Part shown: piece by piece, positions 31,267-42,057 of the stretch
How positions within the stretch are numbered: the stretch's first letter is position 1
Layout: each line of letters opens with the position of its first letter
The notes under the pieces: model-generated
Database searches by the model: none
Told to the model about the DNA's origin: nothing
The model's input: only the letters and a program-made list of their open reading frames with translations
Position numbers and translations under genes: made by a program
Source: Planctomycetota bacterium
GTDB taxonomy: Bacteria > Planctomycetota > PLA2 > JAEUHO01
Assembly (NCBI GenBank): GCA_965222115.1
Contig: CBDCTJ010000003.1
Location: 128,001-192,000, forward strand
Length of the DNA stretch: 64,000 bases
Direction: 5' to 3'

Positions 31267-32054
31267 CGATATGTTGCGGCGCTAGACGTAAAGGAAATGT
31301 CACGACCGTCAAAGATGACCACCGAGCCGTGGGGATTCCAGTCCTTCAGCACATAGACGACCTTGGCGTGGCCCTCGCTCTCCAAGCGGTGCGTAACGCC
31401 AGTGTGAACATGTCCAGCGACGAGCACGTGGGCCCCCGCGTGATCCATCCACGACCTGGCGGCGTCGTAGTTGATCCCCATACTCACTTTGGGCTTTCTT
31501 GAGACGGCGCGTCGTGATATGCGTCGCATGACCCCCGCCATGGCGCGCAAGAGTGCCCCGGGGATCAAGCGCATGGTAAAGCGCGCGCCGCGCGAGCGAA
31601 TGAATCGCCGCCAGCGTTGATACGACACGTCGGCCGTGCACAGTAGGTCACCGTGCGTCAGCAGCACCCGTTGCGATCCCCACATCGTTGACACCACATC
31701 GGGCCAGTGCTCCAAGGGGACGCCATCGAGTTTGCGCAGCAAAAAGTCGCGATTTCCAGGCTGAAAGACTATGCGCGTGCCCTCGTCGGCCAACGTCTTC
31801 AACCGCTTGATCACGCCAGTGATCTCCGATGAAGGATGACGAGGCATGCCCACCCAGTAGTCAAAGAGATCACCGAGCAAGATCAGAGTCCCTCCCATGC
31901 CTCGACGGGATTCCAACCAACCGAAAAACGCGTCGGTGATATCGGGGCGCTGCGCCGACAGATGTACATCCCCCACTACAACGATCGGCGTGGGAAGCGG
32001 GTCGATCGCCACAATGGAGTCGGGCATTGCCACCTTAGGATCTCTCCGACTCAC
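31263..32054 (-). CDS. lpxH: UDP-2,3-diacylglucosamine hydrolase
   Basis: GDVH, GDLFDYWVG, GNRDF, HGDLLCTAD, GHVH. Confidence 0.85.
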   Translation of the reverse strand: MSRRDPKVAMPDSIVAIDPLPTPIVVVGDVHLSAQRPDITDAFFGWLESRRGMGGTLILLGDLFDYWVGMPRHPSSEITGVIKRLKTLADEGTRIVFQPGNRDFLLRKLDGVPLEHWPDVVSTMWGSQRVLLTHGDLLCTADVSYQRWRRFIRSRGARFTMRLIPGALLRAMAGVMRRISRRAVSRKPKVSMGINYDAARSWMDHAGAHVLVAGHVHTGVTHRLESEGHAKVVYVLKDWNPHGSVVIFDGRDISFTSSAATYR

Positions 32055-34445
32055 TGCGTCTACGCAATCGCAACGAGTTGGAGACTACCAAGAAGCTCGA
32101 TAGTGCCATCGCCCCCGCCGCGATGCGGGGATCCAACTTGCCCGCCGCGGCCAAGGGAATAGCGAGGGTGTTGAATCCGAATGCCCACCAGAGATTTTGT
32201 CGAATCGTTCGAAGCGTGGCACGTGCAAGTCGGAGTGTTTCGGGCACGCGACGCACGTCGCACGAGACAACACACACGTGTGCAGCCTCCGCGGCCACAT
32301 CGGCCGCGTGTCCAAAAGCAATGCCAACATCGGCCGCGACCAAAGCCGGCGCATCGTTTACTCCATCCCCCACCATGGCAACGACGCCGTGAGTGTCTTT
32401 CCAATGCTTCACAACCTTCGGTTTGTCGTGCGGCAAGCACTCGGCATGTGCTTCCCCAATTGAAAGCGAACGCGCTACGGCGAGAACGACATCCCGTTGG
32501 TCCCCGGACACCACCCCCGTCGCGACGCCCAGCGCATCGAGTGACTTGATGGCCTCGCCCGCTTCGGTGCGCACCGTATCGCGAATGGAAATGCAACCAA
32601 TCAATCGATTCTCGCGCGCAACAAGCACGGAGGTTGCGCCCGCGACCACGGCCGCCTGGGTCCACCGGTCGCTAAGTCCTCGATCTTCGACTCCCTGCTC
32701 GTCGAGGTAGGCACGGCTGCCAGCGAACACGGTGGCACCCTCAACGATCGCGCGGGCGCCACGGCCGGGTGTGGCGTCAAAGTTCGTTGTTATACGACGC
32801 GGTAGGGATGCACGTGCTGCGGCCGACTGAATCGCCCGGGCAAGCGGATGCTCAGACTTGGCTTCGACGCTCGCAGCCAACATTAAAATGCGCCGCTGCT
32901 CGTCGTCCCAGTCGCCGGGTGCTCGCTTCCACGATGACGATGAAACTTCGCGCGTGTGAACGTCTACGACCGCGGGCGAACCCGAAGTGAGTGTGCCCGT
33001 CTTGTCAAAGAGCACTCCGCGTACGCGCGCCGCAGTTTCAAGGGAGGCGCCATCGCGAAACAAGATGCCGCGCGACGCAGCCTGCCCCGTGCCGACCACG
33101 ACTGCCGTTGGTGTCGCCAAACCAAGCGCACAGGGACACGAAATCAATAGCACGGCCATGGCCGCGTAAAGCCCGTCTTGCCATCCAGTTTGCGCACTAC
33201 CGAAGAAGCCCCATGCAAGCCATGTAAGCGCAGCAATTGCGATCACCGCGGGGACAAAAACGGCAGCAACGCGGTCTGCCATGCGCGCGATGGGCGTTTC
33301 CGTGGCCTGGGCACGACGAACCCACGCTGCCATGGTTTCAAGCGTGCTTTCGGATACGGGCGCCTCCATCCTCACGTCCAATGAACCCGTACCGTTGGTC
33401 GTCCCGCCGATGACCCATTTACCTTCGTCCTTTGCAACCGGCGCGGATTCACCGGTGAGTAGCGACTCATCCACCGATGACGATCCATCGACGACAACGC
33501 CATCGGCGGGATGCGGGCACCGGGCAGTACACGAACGACGTCGCCCGGGAGCAGTTTGGATCGTCCGATACGTTGCGTTTGCTGCTCTGGATCAACAAGT
33601 AATGCAGACTCAGGTGCAAGGCGTAACAACGCGCCCACAGCGTCGCCCGAAGCGCGCGCGGCCCGCGATTCCAGGAGTCGTCCCAAACACACGAGGGCGA
33701 CAATGACCGCCGGTGCGTCCAGGAACTTGGGCGAACCGTGACGTTGCCAAAGCAAGGTCGCATAGGCCAGTGCCGCAAGGGCTCCAATGGCAACAAGCAC
33801 ATCCATGGTCGCTCGGCGAGCACGTAGCGCCTGAAATGCGCGCAGCAAAATGGGTGCGCCGGCTACGAAAACCGCCACGCATGCGAGCAGAAAGGCGAGG
33901 CGCGGATCGGAAAGAAGTGAGATTGCCGACCACGAATCAAAGAGGCCAACGCTTCGCGCAATAAGAAACAGGGCGATGGGTAACGCAATACACATCGAAC
34001 GAAACCAGCGCTTCGAATCGGCATACAGCAGTCGTTCGCGGGGATCTTCACCCGTGTCAAAGGATGAGGGATCCACGACAAACTCGCGGAGTTGGTTGAG
34101 CACGCTCGGGTCATCAACATGGTGTACCCGCACCACCTCGCCGTCTCGCGTGACGTGATCTACGCCTTCAATGGCCTCGATCGATGAAACCGAGGATGCG
34201 GGCGAAATCGAAAAGGACGTTTCGCGCCGTCCGATGCGATAGCCACCTTTCTGCAGGGCGGCATCTAAGGACGCAAGGGAGACGTCACCGACAATTTCGG
34301 CTCGATGGGATGCCACGCTTACATGGGCTCGATCCACGGCATCTTGACGCTCAATCAATGCCGCCACTGTGGATGCGCAACCCGCGCAGTGCATGCCTTC
34401 GATAGGGAGGCTGCGTCGAATGGGTGGGGATGCATGCACCGGCAT
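32035..34445 (-). pseudogene. copA: P1B heavy-metal (Cu+-type) ATPase split by a 1-bp frameshift near 33508-33510
   Basis: HMA GMHCAGC; TGES, CPC, DKTGT, HP, GDGVND, MALSS. Restoring one base in ATC-CC-GCC gives RIPADGVVVDGSSSVDES. Confidence 0.85.
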
Positions 34446-34558
34446 CCCAAGAGCTTATCCGACCTGCAAGGAATCCAGCTTCTGCGCCTCTGGTTGGCTG
34501 CGCTTGGCGCGACTTCGGGTACCTTGACGCCAGCCTTGACCAACAAAGAAGGAAGCCC

Positions 34559-35449
34559 GTGAGCCAGCGCACCCTGTACGAGATCTTGGGCGTCCGAAAC
34601 GACGCCGCGGAGTCAGAGATTCGCGCGGCCTATCGCAAACTGGCCATTCGTTTTCACCCGGACAAGAATCCGGGGGACAAACACGCCGAAGAACGGTTCA
34701 AGGAACTGTCCGAGGCCTACGAGGTGCTCTCCGATCCGCAAAAACGAGCGGCGTATGATCAGCGCCTCAGTGGTGGCGGTGGACCGGTTGACTTCAGCGA
34801 TCTGTTTTCGGGCATGGGTGGATTGTCGATTGAAGACATCTTGCGACGGCACGGTGATTTGTTCGGCGGGTTTGACGGCATCTACGGCGGAGAAACGCGG
34901 GCACGGCGACGCGGGTTTGATACGAAGGCCGACATCGAAGTTGACTTTGTCAAAGCCGCCAAAGGCGGGTCGATTGAACTCAACTTAAAGACACCGTCTC
35001 TTCAATCGCCCACGGGTCAAACAAAGAAAGTTGAAGTCCGCATTCCCCCGGGCACGCGAAACGGCGATACGTTGCGACTCAAAGGCATGGGGCAAACCGC
35101 ACCGCGCGGCGGCAATGCGGGTGATCTGCGACTAACGATCCGAGTGGCGCCAAGTCCTTATTTCAAACGTCAAGGCGATAAGGTCTTGGTCGATCTTGAA
35201 GTCCCGCTTCATGTGGCCGCACTGGGCGGGCATGTACGCGTGCGCACACTCGACGGTGAGGGTCGGTTGCGCGTTCCCGCGGGGACACAGTCGGGCGCCA
35301 AGTTACGCATTAAGGGCAAGGGTATTCGTGGTGACGACATGCTGGCGCGTGTCTTGATTCAGCTACCAGATCCGATGACGCCGGAGCACACAGCACTATT
35401 CGAGCAGCTAAAACTCCTCGCTGAAGGTGAGGAAACGCCGTCTACTTAG
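34559..35449 (+). CDS. DnaJ-class chaperone without zinc finger (CbpA-like)
   Basis: J domain with HPD, G/F region, DnaJ_C. GTG start at 34559 after AAGAAGGAAG. Confidence 0.92.
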   Translation: MSQRTLYEILGVRNDAAESEIRAAYRKLAIRFHPDKNPGDKHAEERFKELSEAYEVLSDPQKRAAYDQRLSGGGGPVDFSDLFSGMGGLSIEDILRRHGDLFGGFDGIYGGETRARRRGFDTKADIEVDFVKAAKGGSIELNLKTPSLQSPTGQTKKVEVRIPPGTRNGDTLRLKGMGQTAPRGGNAGDLRLTIRVAPSPYFKRQGDKVLVDLEVPLHVAALGGHVRVRTLDGEGRLRVPAGTQSGAKLRIKGKGIRGDDMLARVLIQLPDPMTPEHTALFEQLKLLAEGEETPST

Positions 35450-37592
35450 GCGACACCTCAAAGTGCAAGGGTGCTCCATCCAAATGAGCTGTTGAACATC
35501 CAAAGTGAGTCATAACGGTGGCGGCTATGTCCCGTACGTGTGCCTTTCGGCTCGCCTTGAACGATTGCAGTGGACGATTGGTAAGCAACACACCCGGAAC
35601 CAGCGAGGGGTCACAACTGCAGTGGTCTCCTGACCATGCACGCTCGTTGGGTTCAATTACGGGATGGCCCCCAGCGCTACGCATACCTCCGAGCAAGGCG
35701 GTTTGCCACGACACGCGGTAGCCTCGCGCAAAGCCCACTTGGAGATCGGGTGCATTCGCCAACAGGGGGCCGTAGTAGTGATCGTGCAAGCGGTACACCT
35801 TGTGAACGGGGGATCGTGAAATCGAGGATTGTTCGCCGATGAGTGGGTTCTTTAGCGCACGCAACTTAGTTTGAATCTCATCCATGAGTGCATCCACGTC
35901 GTTGCCCTCGACGATTCCCCGTGATTCCCGACCGGCGCGGTTGATGTAGATCTGACCAAGCCCCATGGCGTAGGCACGTGTCTTGCTCCAGTCGACTGCA
36001 TCTTCGGGACGCGCGTCGCGGAAGAACGCGCCCAGCGACTTCGCGCCGGGTGCGTCGCGGAGCACCATGTAGCCCTCATTCACAAGCCATTGATTAAGGT
36101 TTACCGCATAGCGCCACGTGGCAAATCCGTGATCCGAACACACGATGAGTGTGTCACCCGGATCAATTGCTCGTTCCACTGCTGCAATGTATTCGTCTGC
36201 ATGACGCAGCACCCTTAGGTAGGGATCGCCATCCAACGTGAGTTTCGCGGTCTGTCGCGCCGGATGGTCTTCGTCCAAATAGCGATAGAAACAGTGGGCA
36301 GCGCGATCGGTGGCGGTCACGGTCATGAACACGAGCCGTGCCTCGGGCTTGCGTCGCAGTTCGCCCAGAAGTTGGGCGCGAGAAATGTCCATATCCTCCA
36401 GCAAGTCTTCGAGGAATCCCGCATCGTCCTGCCAACCGTCATTGAGTTGAAAGGTCTGCTCTTGCCAGCCCACGGTTTCGAAGGGACCGTAGTTTGACTG
36501 GAGCTCCGTCGCGTACGTATCGGGCGTGCTAATGGGCATGGGCGTGTGCCCGGGGCGCATATTGACTGCCTCGGTAACCACAACGAGGGGTTCGATGCTT
36601 CGTACATTGAAGCGAACGACGCCATGCACGGTATGCGCTGGAATCGTAGACAGTTTGAATACGACGCGGAAGTGTCCGCTGCGAGTGGGTCGTCCGTCGC
36701 GCATCTGAATGCGCTCTGTTTCGCCGTTGACATCGATATCTAGAACTCGCGCACCGGGCGTTACGCGAAACGTCAAGGGCAGGCGTGCGTGGCGCAACTC
36801 GCCCGACTCACCGCGCGCTTTCGCTGGGTCTGGAGGCCCTTCCAAATAGGTTTCGAAGGTGACCCCACCGTCGTTTGACGAGAGAGGGATGCGGCGCCCC
36901 CCCATCTCCGTTTCACCGGCGAAAAACCCAGCTTGATTGGAATAGACGGCGTAGAAACCCGCTGATCCGGCAATGTCGGGCGTACCCAGTCCACTCGTCA
37001 TCCACGCACCAGGCCGCGCGGGCGTAGGAAAGTTGAGCGACTGGCGCAGCGAGAGTACGGGGTATCCCGCTTGCCAAACCACATCACTAAACGTGGGCGC
37101 CTTCAGTCGCGACGCTACGCGGGGCGGACGGATCGGGACCCTTCCTAGTGCTAGCCGCGCTCGCTGAACGGACACCATGCCGTTCTGCGGTCGATAGTTT
37201 AGATCGCGCGTAACAAAGTCGAAGATGCCGTGTCGTCCAGGATTCACACCCGTTTGAAGCGACGCCAATGCGACCGGCGACTCCGGCGGCAACTCACTCT
37301 CAAGCGGCTCGAACGCGCCCTTCTTTGCAAGGGCGGAAAAGGTCGGCAGATCGCCCCGCTCCATGGCCTCTTTGGTGAGTCGATAGTCGAGACCATCAAG
37401 CACAATCACAACCATGCGCCCGATCGACTTGGCATCATCCGCAGGCGCGGGCTGCCGCACCGCCATCGTGGTTCGAAATGCCCCCGCAAACATCCACGTC
37501 GTGGCCGCGATGCCAATCAAACTCAAGATTTTGAGACGCCATCCGCTCACCGCGTAGATTCCTCGCATCAACTGCGTAAGAATCTCACACAC
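35442..37592 (-). CDS. Alkaline-phosphatase-superfamily nucleotide pyrophosphatase/phosphodiesterase-like protein
   Basis: VLDGLD, PESPVA...TGVNPGRHGIFDF, TDRAAH, SDHGF, WSGDH; N-terminal TM. Start uncertain. Confidence 0.85.
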   Translation of the reverse strand: MCEILTQLMRGIYAVSGWRLKILSLIGIAATTWMFAGAFRTTMAVRQPAPADDAKSIGRMVVIVLDGLDYRLTKEAMERGDLPTFSALAKKGAFEPLESELPPESPVALASLQTGVNPGRHGIFDFVTRDLNYRPQNGMVSVQRARLALGRVPIRPPRVASRLKAPTFSDVVWQAGYPVLSLRQSLNFPTPARPGAWMTSGLGTPDIAGSAGFYAVYSNQAGFFAGETEMGGRRIPLSSNDGGVTFETYLEGPPDPAKARGESGELRHARLPLTFRVTPGARVLDIDVNGETERIQMRDGRPTRSGHFRVVFKLSTIPAHTVHGVVRFNVRSIEPLVVVTEAVNMRPGHTPMPISTPDTYATELQSNYGPFETVGWQEQTFQLNDGWQDDAGFLEDLLEDMDISRAQLLGELRRKPEARLVFMTVTATDRAAHCFYRYLDEDHPARQTAKLTLDGDPYLRVLRHADEYIAAVERAIDPGDTLIVCSDHGFATWRYAVNLNQWLVNEGYMVLRDAPGAKSLGAFFRDARPEDAVDWSKTRAYAMGLGQIYINRAGRESRGIVEGNDVDALMDEIQTKLRALKNPLIGEQSSISRSPVHKVYRLHDHYYGPLLANAPDLQVGFARGYRVSWQTALLGGMRSAGGHPVIEPNERAWSGDHCSCDPSLVPGVLLTNRPLQSFKASRKAHVRDIAATVMTHFGCSTAHLDGAPLHFEVSPK

Positions 37593-37686
37593 CTATCATG
37601 CGCGTGTCCACCAACCCCCTTCCGATTCCCAAACATGCCCGAAAACCAGCCACTCCACGCGGCGCTCTGTTAGGCTCCCCTCCCCC

Positions 37687-37787
37687 GGGCGCATAGCTCA
37701 GTTCTTCGCCACCGGTGCTGCTTTAGCTGCATGAGGAGCCGAGCCTGCGCAGGCTCCGAAAGGTGGGGCAGGAATCAAGTCGCGCCT
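37687..37787 (+). repeat. tRNA-Val 5' fragment fused to the ~69-bp hairpin element (copy 1, 37704-37772), with degenerate T-arm/acceptor remnant
   Basis: GGGCGCATAGCTCAG is identical to the tRNA 5' end; then the element; then AATCAAGTCGCGCCT. Confidence 0.8.
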
Positions 37788-37828
37788 GGACACTGCCAGT
37801 GTCTGACTGTAAACACCATCCAAAGATC

Positions 37829-37905
37829 GGGCGCATAGCTCAGCCGGCTAGAGCGCATGCTTCACACGCATGAGGTCACAGGTTCAAGTCCTGTTGCGCC
37901 CACCA
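37829..37905 (+). tRNA. tRNA-Val(CAC)
   Basis: Acceptor GGGCGCA/TGCGCCC, anticodon arm CATGC-TTCACAC-GCATG, GGTTCAAGTCC T-arm, encoded CCA. Confidence 0.95.
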
Positions 37906-37921
37906 CTCTCAACGCCCCGAC

Positions 37922-38029
37922 GCTTCACACGCACGAGCTTCGCCACCGGTGCTGCTTTAGCAGCATGAGGAGCCGAGCTAGCGCAGGCTCCGAAAGGTGG
38001 GGCAGGTTCAAGTCCTGTTGCGCCCACCA
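37922..38029 (+). repeat. tRNA-Val 3' fragment carrying the hairpin element (copy 2, 37938-38006) at the variable-loop position
   Basis: GCTTCACACGCA anticodon remnant, then the element, then 27 nt identical to the tRNA 3' end (38003-38029 = 37879-37905). Confidence 0.85.
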
Positions 38030-38177
38030 ATTTCTTCGGAGCAAACCTCCCGAAACGCGGAACGGCTTCCTCGTTCTTCTCGAACTTGAACCTGTGTCCC
38101 GCCACACTCTGCGAGAATCATGCCTCCCTTCGAATGCTCGCTTGTCAATCAACATCCCGAAACCAGGAGTCGCCCTC

Positions 38178-38540
38178 ATGATCAAGTTCGTCATGTGCCT
38201 GCACCGCAACCCGAGTCTCACGCGCGCAGAGTTTCTGGACTACTGGCAAAACAAGCATGCCCCCTTGTTTAACTCGTTCGCGGACACGCACAACGCAAAA
38301 CGGTATGTACAGGATCACACACTCGAATCGCCGATGAACGAGTTCCTCCGTGAGTCGAGGGGCATGGTTGAGGCGTATGACGGCATTGCCCACGTTTGGT
38401 TTGAATCGGAGCAAGCATTTGTGGATGCAATGAGCTCGGAAGCAGGGCAGAAGCTCGGCGCGATTCTCCACGAAGACGAATCAACGTTCATCGATCACGC
38501 TCGGTCAACGGCCTTCCTTGCTAAGGAAGTTGAAGTCTGA
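38178..38540 (+). CDS. EthD-domain (dimeric alpha/beta barrel) protein
   Basis: AGGAG RBS; MIKFV...RNPSLTRAEFLDYW..H, YVQ.H, YDGIA..WF, DE..FID. Confidence 0.85.
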   Translation: MIKFVMCLHRNPSLTRAEFLDYWQNKHAPLFNSFADTHNAKRYVQDHTLESPMNEFLRESRGMVEAYDGIAHVWFESEQAFVDAMSSEAGQKLGAILHEDESTFIDHARSTAFLAKEVEV

Positions 38541-38661
38541 ACTGAATCTCTCGCAGTCGGCATTCACGTTCGATCACGGTACATCGACGGTGTTAGCCAC
38601 GATTTGCGAAGTTAGGGAACCGGCCGAGCGTGAACCATGGGGCAACGTCTCACGCCCCACC

Positions 38662-40623
38662 TCAAGGCCCCACCCCAACTCGCCCCTTGATCGCGGCCCC
38701 AATGTTCTCCAACAACACACTCACTTGAACCGGCTTATGCAGCACACCAGCCAACCCTGCTCCCTGAAAACGATCGAGAATGTCCTGCTCGGCAAAGCCA
38801 CTGATCAGAATCACAGGCACGTCTTCTCGGATCTTTCGAAGCTGCGCGAACACCTCCTCGCCGTCCAAGTCAGGCATGCTCAGATCCAGCAAGATTGCGT
38901 CGATACAATCGGCATGTTTGGCGAATGACGCGATGGCTTCCCTGCCGTCGCTGGCCGCGACGACGTCGTACCCGCCACTCTTGAGCATGCGCGAATGGAT
39001 GTCACGAACAGCGCGTTCATCGTCCACGACGAGAACACAATTTTCGCGAGTAAGGACTTGTGACGCTGCGGGCGTGGGCGATTCATCGGTCGGCGGGAGT
39101 TTGCGCGGGAGGATCACCGTAAAGGTGGTTCCTTCGCCGACGGTGCTATCTACAGAAATCGCACCCCCATGACTTCGCAGAATGCCTTGCACCGAAGCCA
39201 AACCGAGGCCACGCCCGGTTGGCTTTGTTGTGAAGAAGGGCTCAAAGATCTTTGCCTGCGTCTCAGCATTCATGCCCATGCCCGTGTCTTGAACCTGGAT
39301 TTCCACGTACTCGCGTTCGCCCAAGTCGTCGAGTGGGTGCGATCGCCGCAGCTGCTCCTCGCGTAGGAAACAGGCGCGCGTACGCACGCTCACTCGTCCA
39401 GATGCCGTGCCGATGGCATCCGACGCATTGGTGATGAGGTTCATAACAACTTGGCGCAGCTGACCACAATCCGCTACGACACCCAGCGGCTCGTCCGACA
39501 AGTCGAACTCAAGCGTGACTTTCTTAGGCACCGATACCAGGAGCAGTTCAGAAATCTCTTTCACCAGTTGCGTGCAGTCTATGTGTTCCGTCGTGCGCGC
39601 GCCGCGCCCGGCGTAGTTCAGCATTTGATTGCAGAGTCCCGTGGCAATCGAGCTTGCACTCACGATCTCCTTTAGACTCTCGCTGACACGACTGTCCGTA
39701 CCAAGTTCCGCAATCGCCAACTCTGCATTCCCTAGAATCACCGCCAGGAGGTTATTGAAGTCGTGGGCGATGCCGCCAGCAAGCACGCCAACAGCACGAA
39801 CGGTTGTTGCTCGGCGCAACTGCTCTTCAAGTCGGTCCCGCTCGATCGCAAGCCCCACCATGCGGGCCGCAATCTCAAGCATATTCATCTCATTGAGCTG
39901 AGGTGCCCGCGGGGCATCGTTGTAGAGCGCCATCGCGCCAAGCACGTCGCCGTTGTTGGACGCCGTAATTGGCACGGACCAACACGACCGAACGCCCGCT
40001 ATCGCCGCGGCCTCGCGCAAGTCTTTCCAAAGCGGATCTCGATTGATGTCCTCGACGACGACGGGGACATTCCAATAGGCTGCGGTGCCGCACGAGCCCA
40101 CGGTGGGGCCAATATGAAGTCCATGAACAGCCTTGTTGTACTCATCGGGCAAGCTCGGACCGGCACCAACCAAAACGCGCGTCGCATCTTCATCCACGAG
40201 CAGGATCGAACACCGCAACCCTTCGGCATTGGCTTCAAGGGTGCGTGCCATTTCCTTGAGCGTGTCGGTGAGCGTTGAATGCACCAAAGGAACACCCAAT
40301 TCGGGAACCCGGAGCTGAGATTCCTGCTCCAAGACCGGCAACCCAAGCGCGACCTGCTTGCCTTCGTGAGCACACACCCGCCACTCCAGATTCCGCCAGG
40401 CATCGTGGCCTGTCCGGTGACGGGAGCGCAGGCTTCCCTCACCTCGTGCTAACCACGAATCGAACTGTTGCTGGTCTTCAGGATGAATCCACTCGCGGAG
40501 AGGCGCGTCCGCGAGCTGCTGATGGGTCAGGCCCAGTTCTTCTTCGAACTCGGCGTTGATGCGGAGGAAAGCTCCATGACCCGGCGAGCGCAGAATCATG
40601 GGCCTTGAGGATAATGAGGACAT
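38662..40623 (-). CDS. Hybrid sensor histidine kinase (PAS-GAF-HisKA-HATPase-REC)
   Basis: WIHPED PAS; GAF GSCGTAAY; AHDFNNLL; NLITNA; FEPFFTTK; GLGL; receiver LLDLSMP. Start uncertain (ORF to 40755). Confidence 0.92.
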   Translation of the reverse strand: MSSLSSRPMILRSPGHGAFLRINAEFEEELGLTHQQLADAPLREWIHPEDQQQFDSWLARGEGSLRSRHRTGHDAWRNLEWRVCAHEGKQVALGLPVLEQESQLRVPELGVPLVHSTLTDTLKEMARTLEANAEGLRCSILLVDEDATRVLVGAGPSLPDEYNKAVHGLHIGPTVGSCGTAAYWNVPVVVEDINRDPLWKDLREAAAIAGVRSCWSVPITASNNGDVLGAMALYNDAPRAPQLNEMNMLEIAARMVGLAIERDRLEEQLRRATTVRAVGVLAGGIAHDFNNLLAVILGNAELAIAELGTDSRVSESLKEIVSASSIATGLCNQMLNYAGRGARTTEHIDCTQLVKEISELLLVSVPKKVTLEFDLSDEPLGVVADCGQLRQVVMNLITNASDAIGTASGRVSVRTRACFLREEQLRRSHPLDDLGEREYVEIQVQDTGMGMNAETQAKIFEPFFTTKPTGRGLGLASVQGILRSHGGAISVDSTVGEGTTFTVILPRKLPPTDESPTPAASQVLTRENCVLVVDDERAVRDIHSRMLKSGGYDVVAASDGREAIASFAKHADCIDAILLDLSMPDLDGEEVFAQLRKIREDVPVILISGFAEQDILDRFQGAGLAGVLHKPVQVSVLLENIGAAIKGRVGVGP

Positions 40624-40858
40624 GAAACAACCTACCAAATTGAGCGATGGGAATGCCTGGGGCGGCGTACGAACCGACGGATCAAATCTGAGTATGACCC
40701 ACGTTCGGTCTTGCGGCCAATCGCGAATTAGATAGGCGTTCCCCCGCAGATTCACGCCGCGAGGGAACTGTGTGTGTTAGCAGGTTTCTCAGAGTCTTCG
40801 GCCCAAGTGCAGCGCGAAACGGACACCATTTCACCTGACTCGCGACGCATGCGACTGC

Positions 40859-41815
40859 TCAGTTATTGACGCTCCCGCGCGTTTCCACGAAGGGTTGATC
40901 GCCGAGTAGCCCAATACCCATGACGGCGAGTGAACGCGTGTTGGCGTCATACTCCCTGGGGCTCCTGACTACGCGAAACAAGGTTTCGCGCACGCGCGCA
41001 AGTTCGGTCACCGAAAGCTGGCGATGCTTGCTGCTACGACGCAAGTTCCCAAGGCCAAGCACAGCGCACTGCTTGATGAGCTGCGACTCCTTGCGCCCTA
41101 GGCCACTCAGGATTTGCTCTACATGAGTCGGTGACGAAGCGAGTTTGCCGGCGGCGATAAACGCGGCGGGGCGAACATTGGATCGACCGTCTTGATTTCG
41201 CCTCATCGCCCACATAAGTGTGTCCATGAGATCTGTACGGACGAGCGCATCCATCGCGTGACCTGCATCAGAGCGATTCACTGTGTCATTTCCACCGATT
41301 TGAAACAGTGGATTCTGTGATGTGACGCGGGTATAGAGCGAACGCTTCAGGTTCTCGATGCGCGCATTGTTGTGTTTGTACCAGTTCAGCCATGAACTTG
41401 GATCGCGCGTAGCGTTTTTCGCACCTTTCGGCCCGCCAGCGGGTCCGGCCGGGCCGCCCGCGCCGGCGTCTCCCGCGCCACCCTTATTCGGTGGCGGAGG
41501 CGTAGGCGGTGGATTTCCGGAACCCGTGCCCCCGGATGTGCCGCCACCTCTCTTTTGAGGAGTCCCACTTGACGTCGTGGGCCCGGGCGGCACGGGGGTT
41601 AGGGCGCCCACCGAACCATTGCCGGCATTTGAACCGCTCACGGCGGCTGGACTACCTCGTAGTCAGATTACGGCGCCAGGAGGGAAATTGGGTGTTGCGG
41701 ACGTCCCCGAGAAGTGCACGGGAAGCGTCATCCCGGCCTCTGCTGGACTGGCGCTGGTGGGTGCGCATGCGAGTGCAAGGAGGGCGGCGGATGCTGCTAT
41801 GGCGACGTGTTTCAT
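40859..41815 (-). pseudogene. Secreted Pro/Gly-rich plus HEAT-like repeat protein, with in-frame TGA at 41663-41665 and probably truncated
   Basis: Signal MKHVAIAASAALLALA at 41815 is in frame with ORF 40859..41641 via PPGAVI*LRGSP; helical AxxALG-type motifs end abruptly. Confidence 0.55.
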
Positions 41816-42057
41816 GGAATCTCCCGAGCGTGAATGTCGATGGGGACGTGGATAAGGGAGCATGAGCAGTGCCAATGAACATCGACGACTCTTGGGGCAC
41901 GGCCCCATCGAGTTGCACGCATAAAATGGAGGTTTCACGAACGTGTGGCGCGAGCGTAACAGATCGAACCGTAACCGGCATGCATCCGCGATGGCACCTG
42001 GTGGTAGCAACCGCGCTAAGTGAGGAGCCTTACGCAGCGCCAGGACTGTACTCGATC

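Noticed and set aside
38003-38029. att site of a prophage or ICE
   Set aside because: The duplicate lies only 124 bp from the tRNA's own 3' end, and no integrase or phage genes are in the window.
41663-41665. Second in-frame TGA as selenocysteine
   Set aside because: It lies in a low-complexity Pro/Gly linker with no redox motif and the gene looks truncated. The small downstream hairpin is unremarkable in GC-rich DNA.
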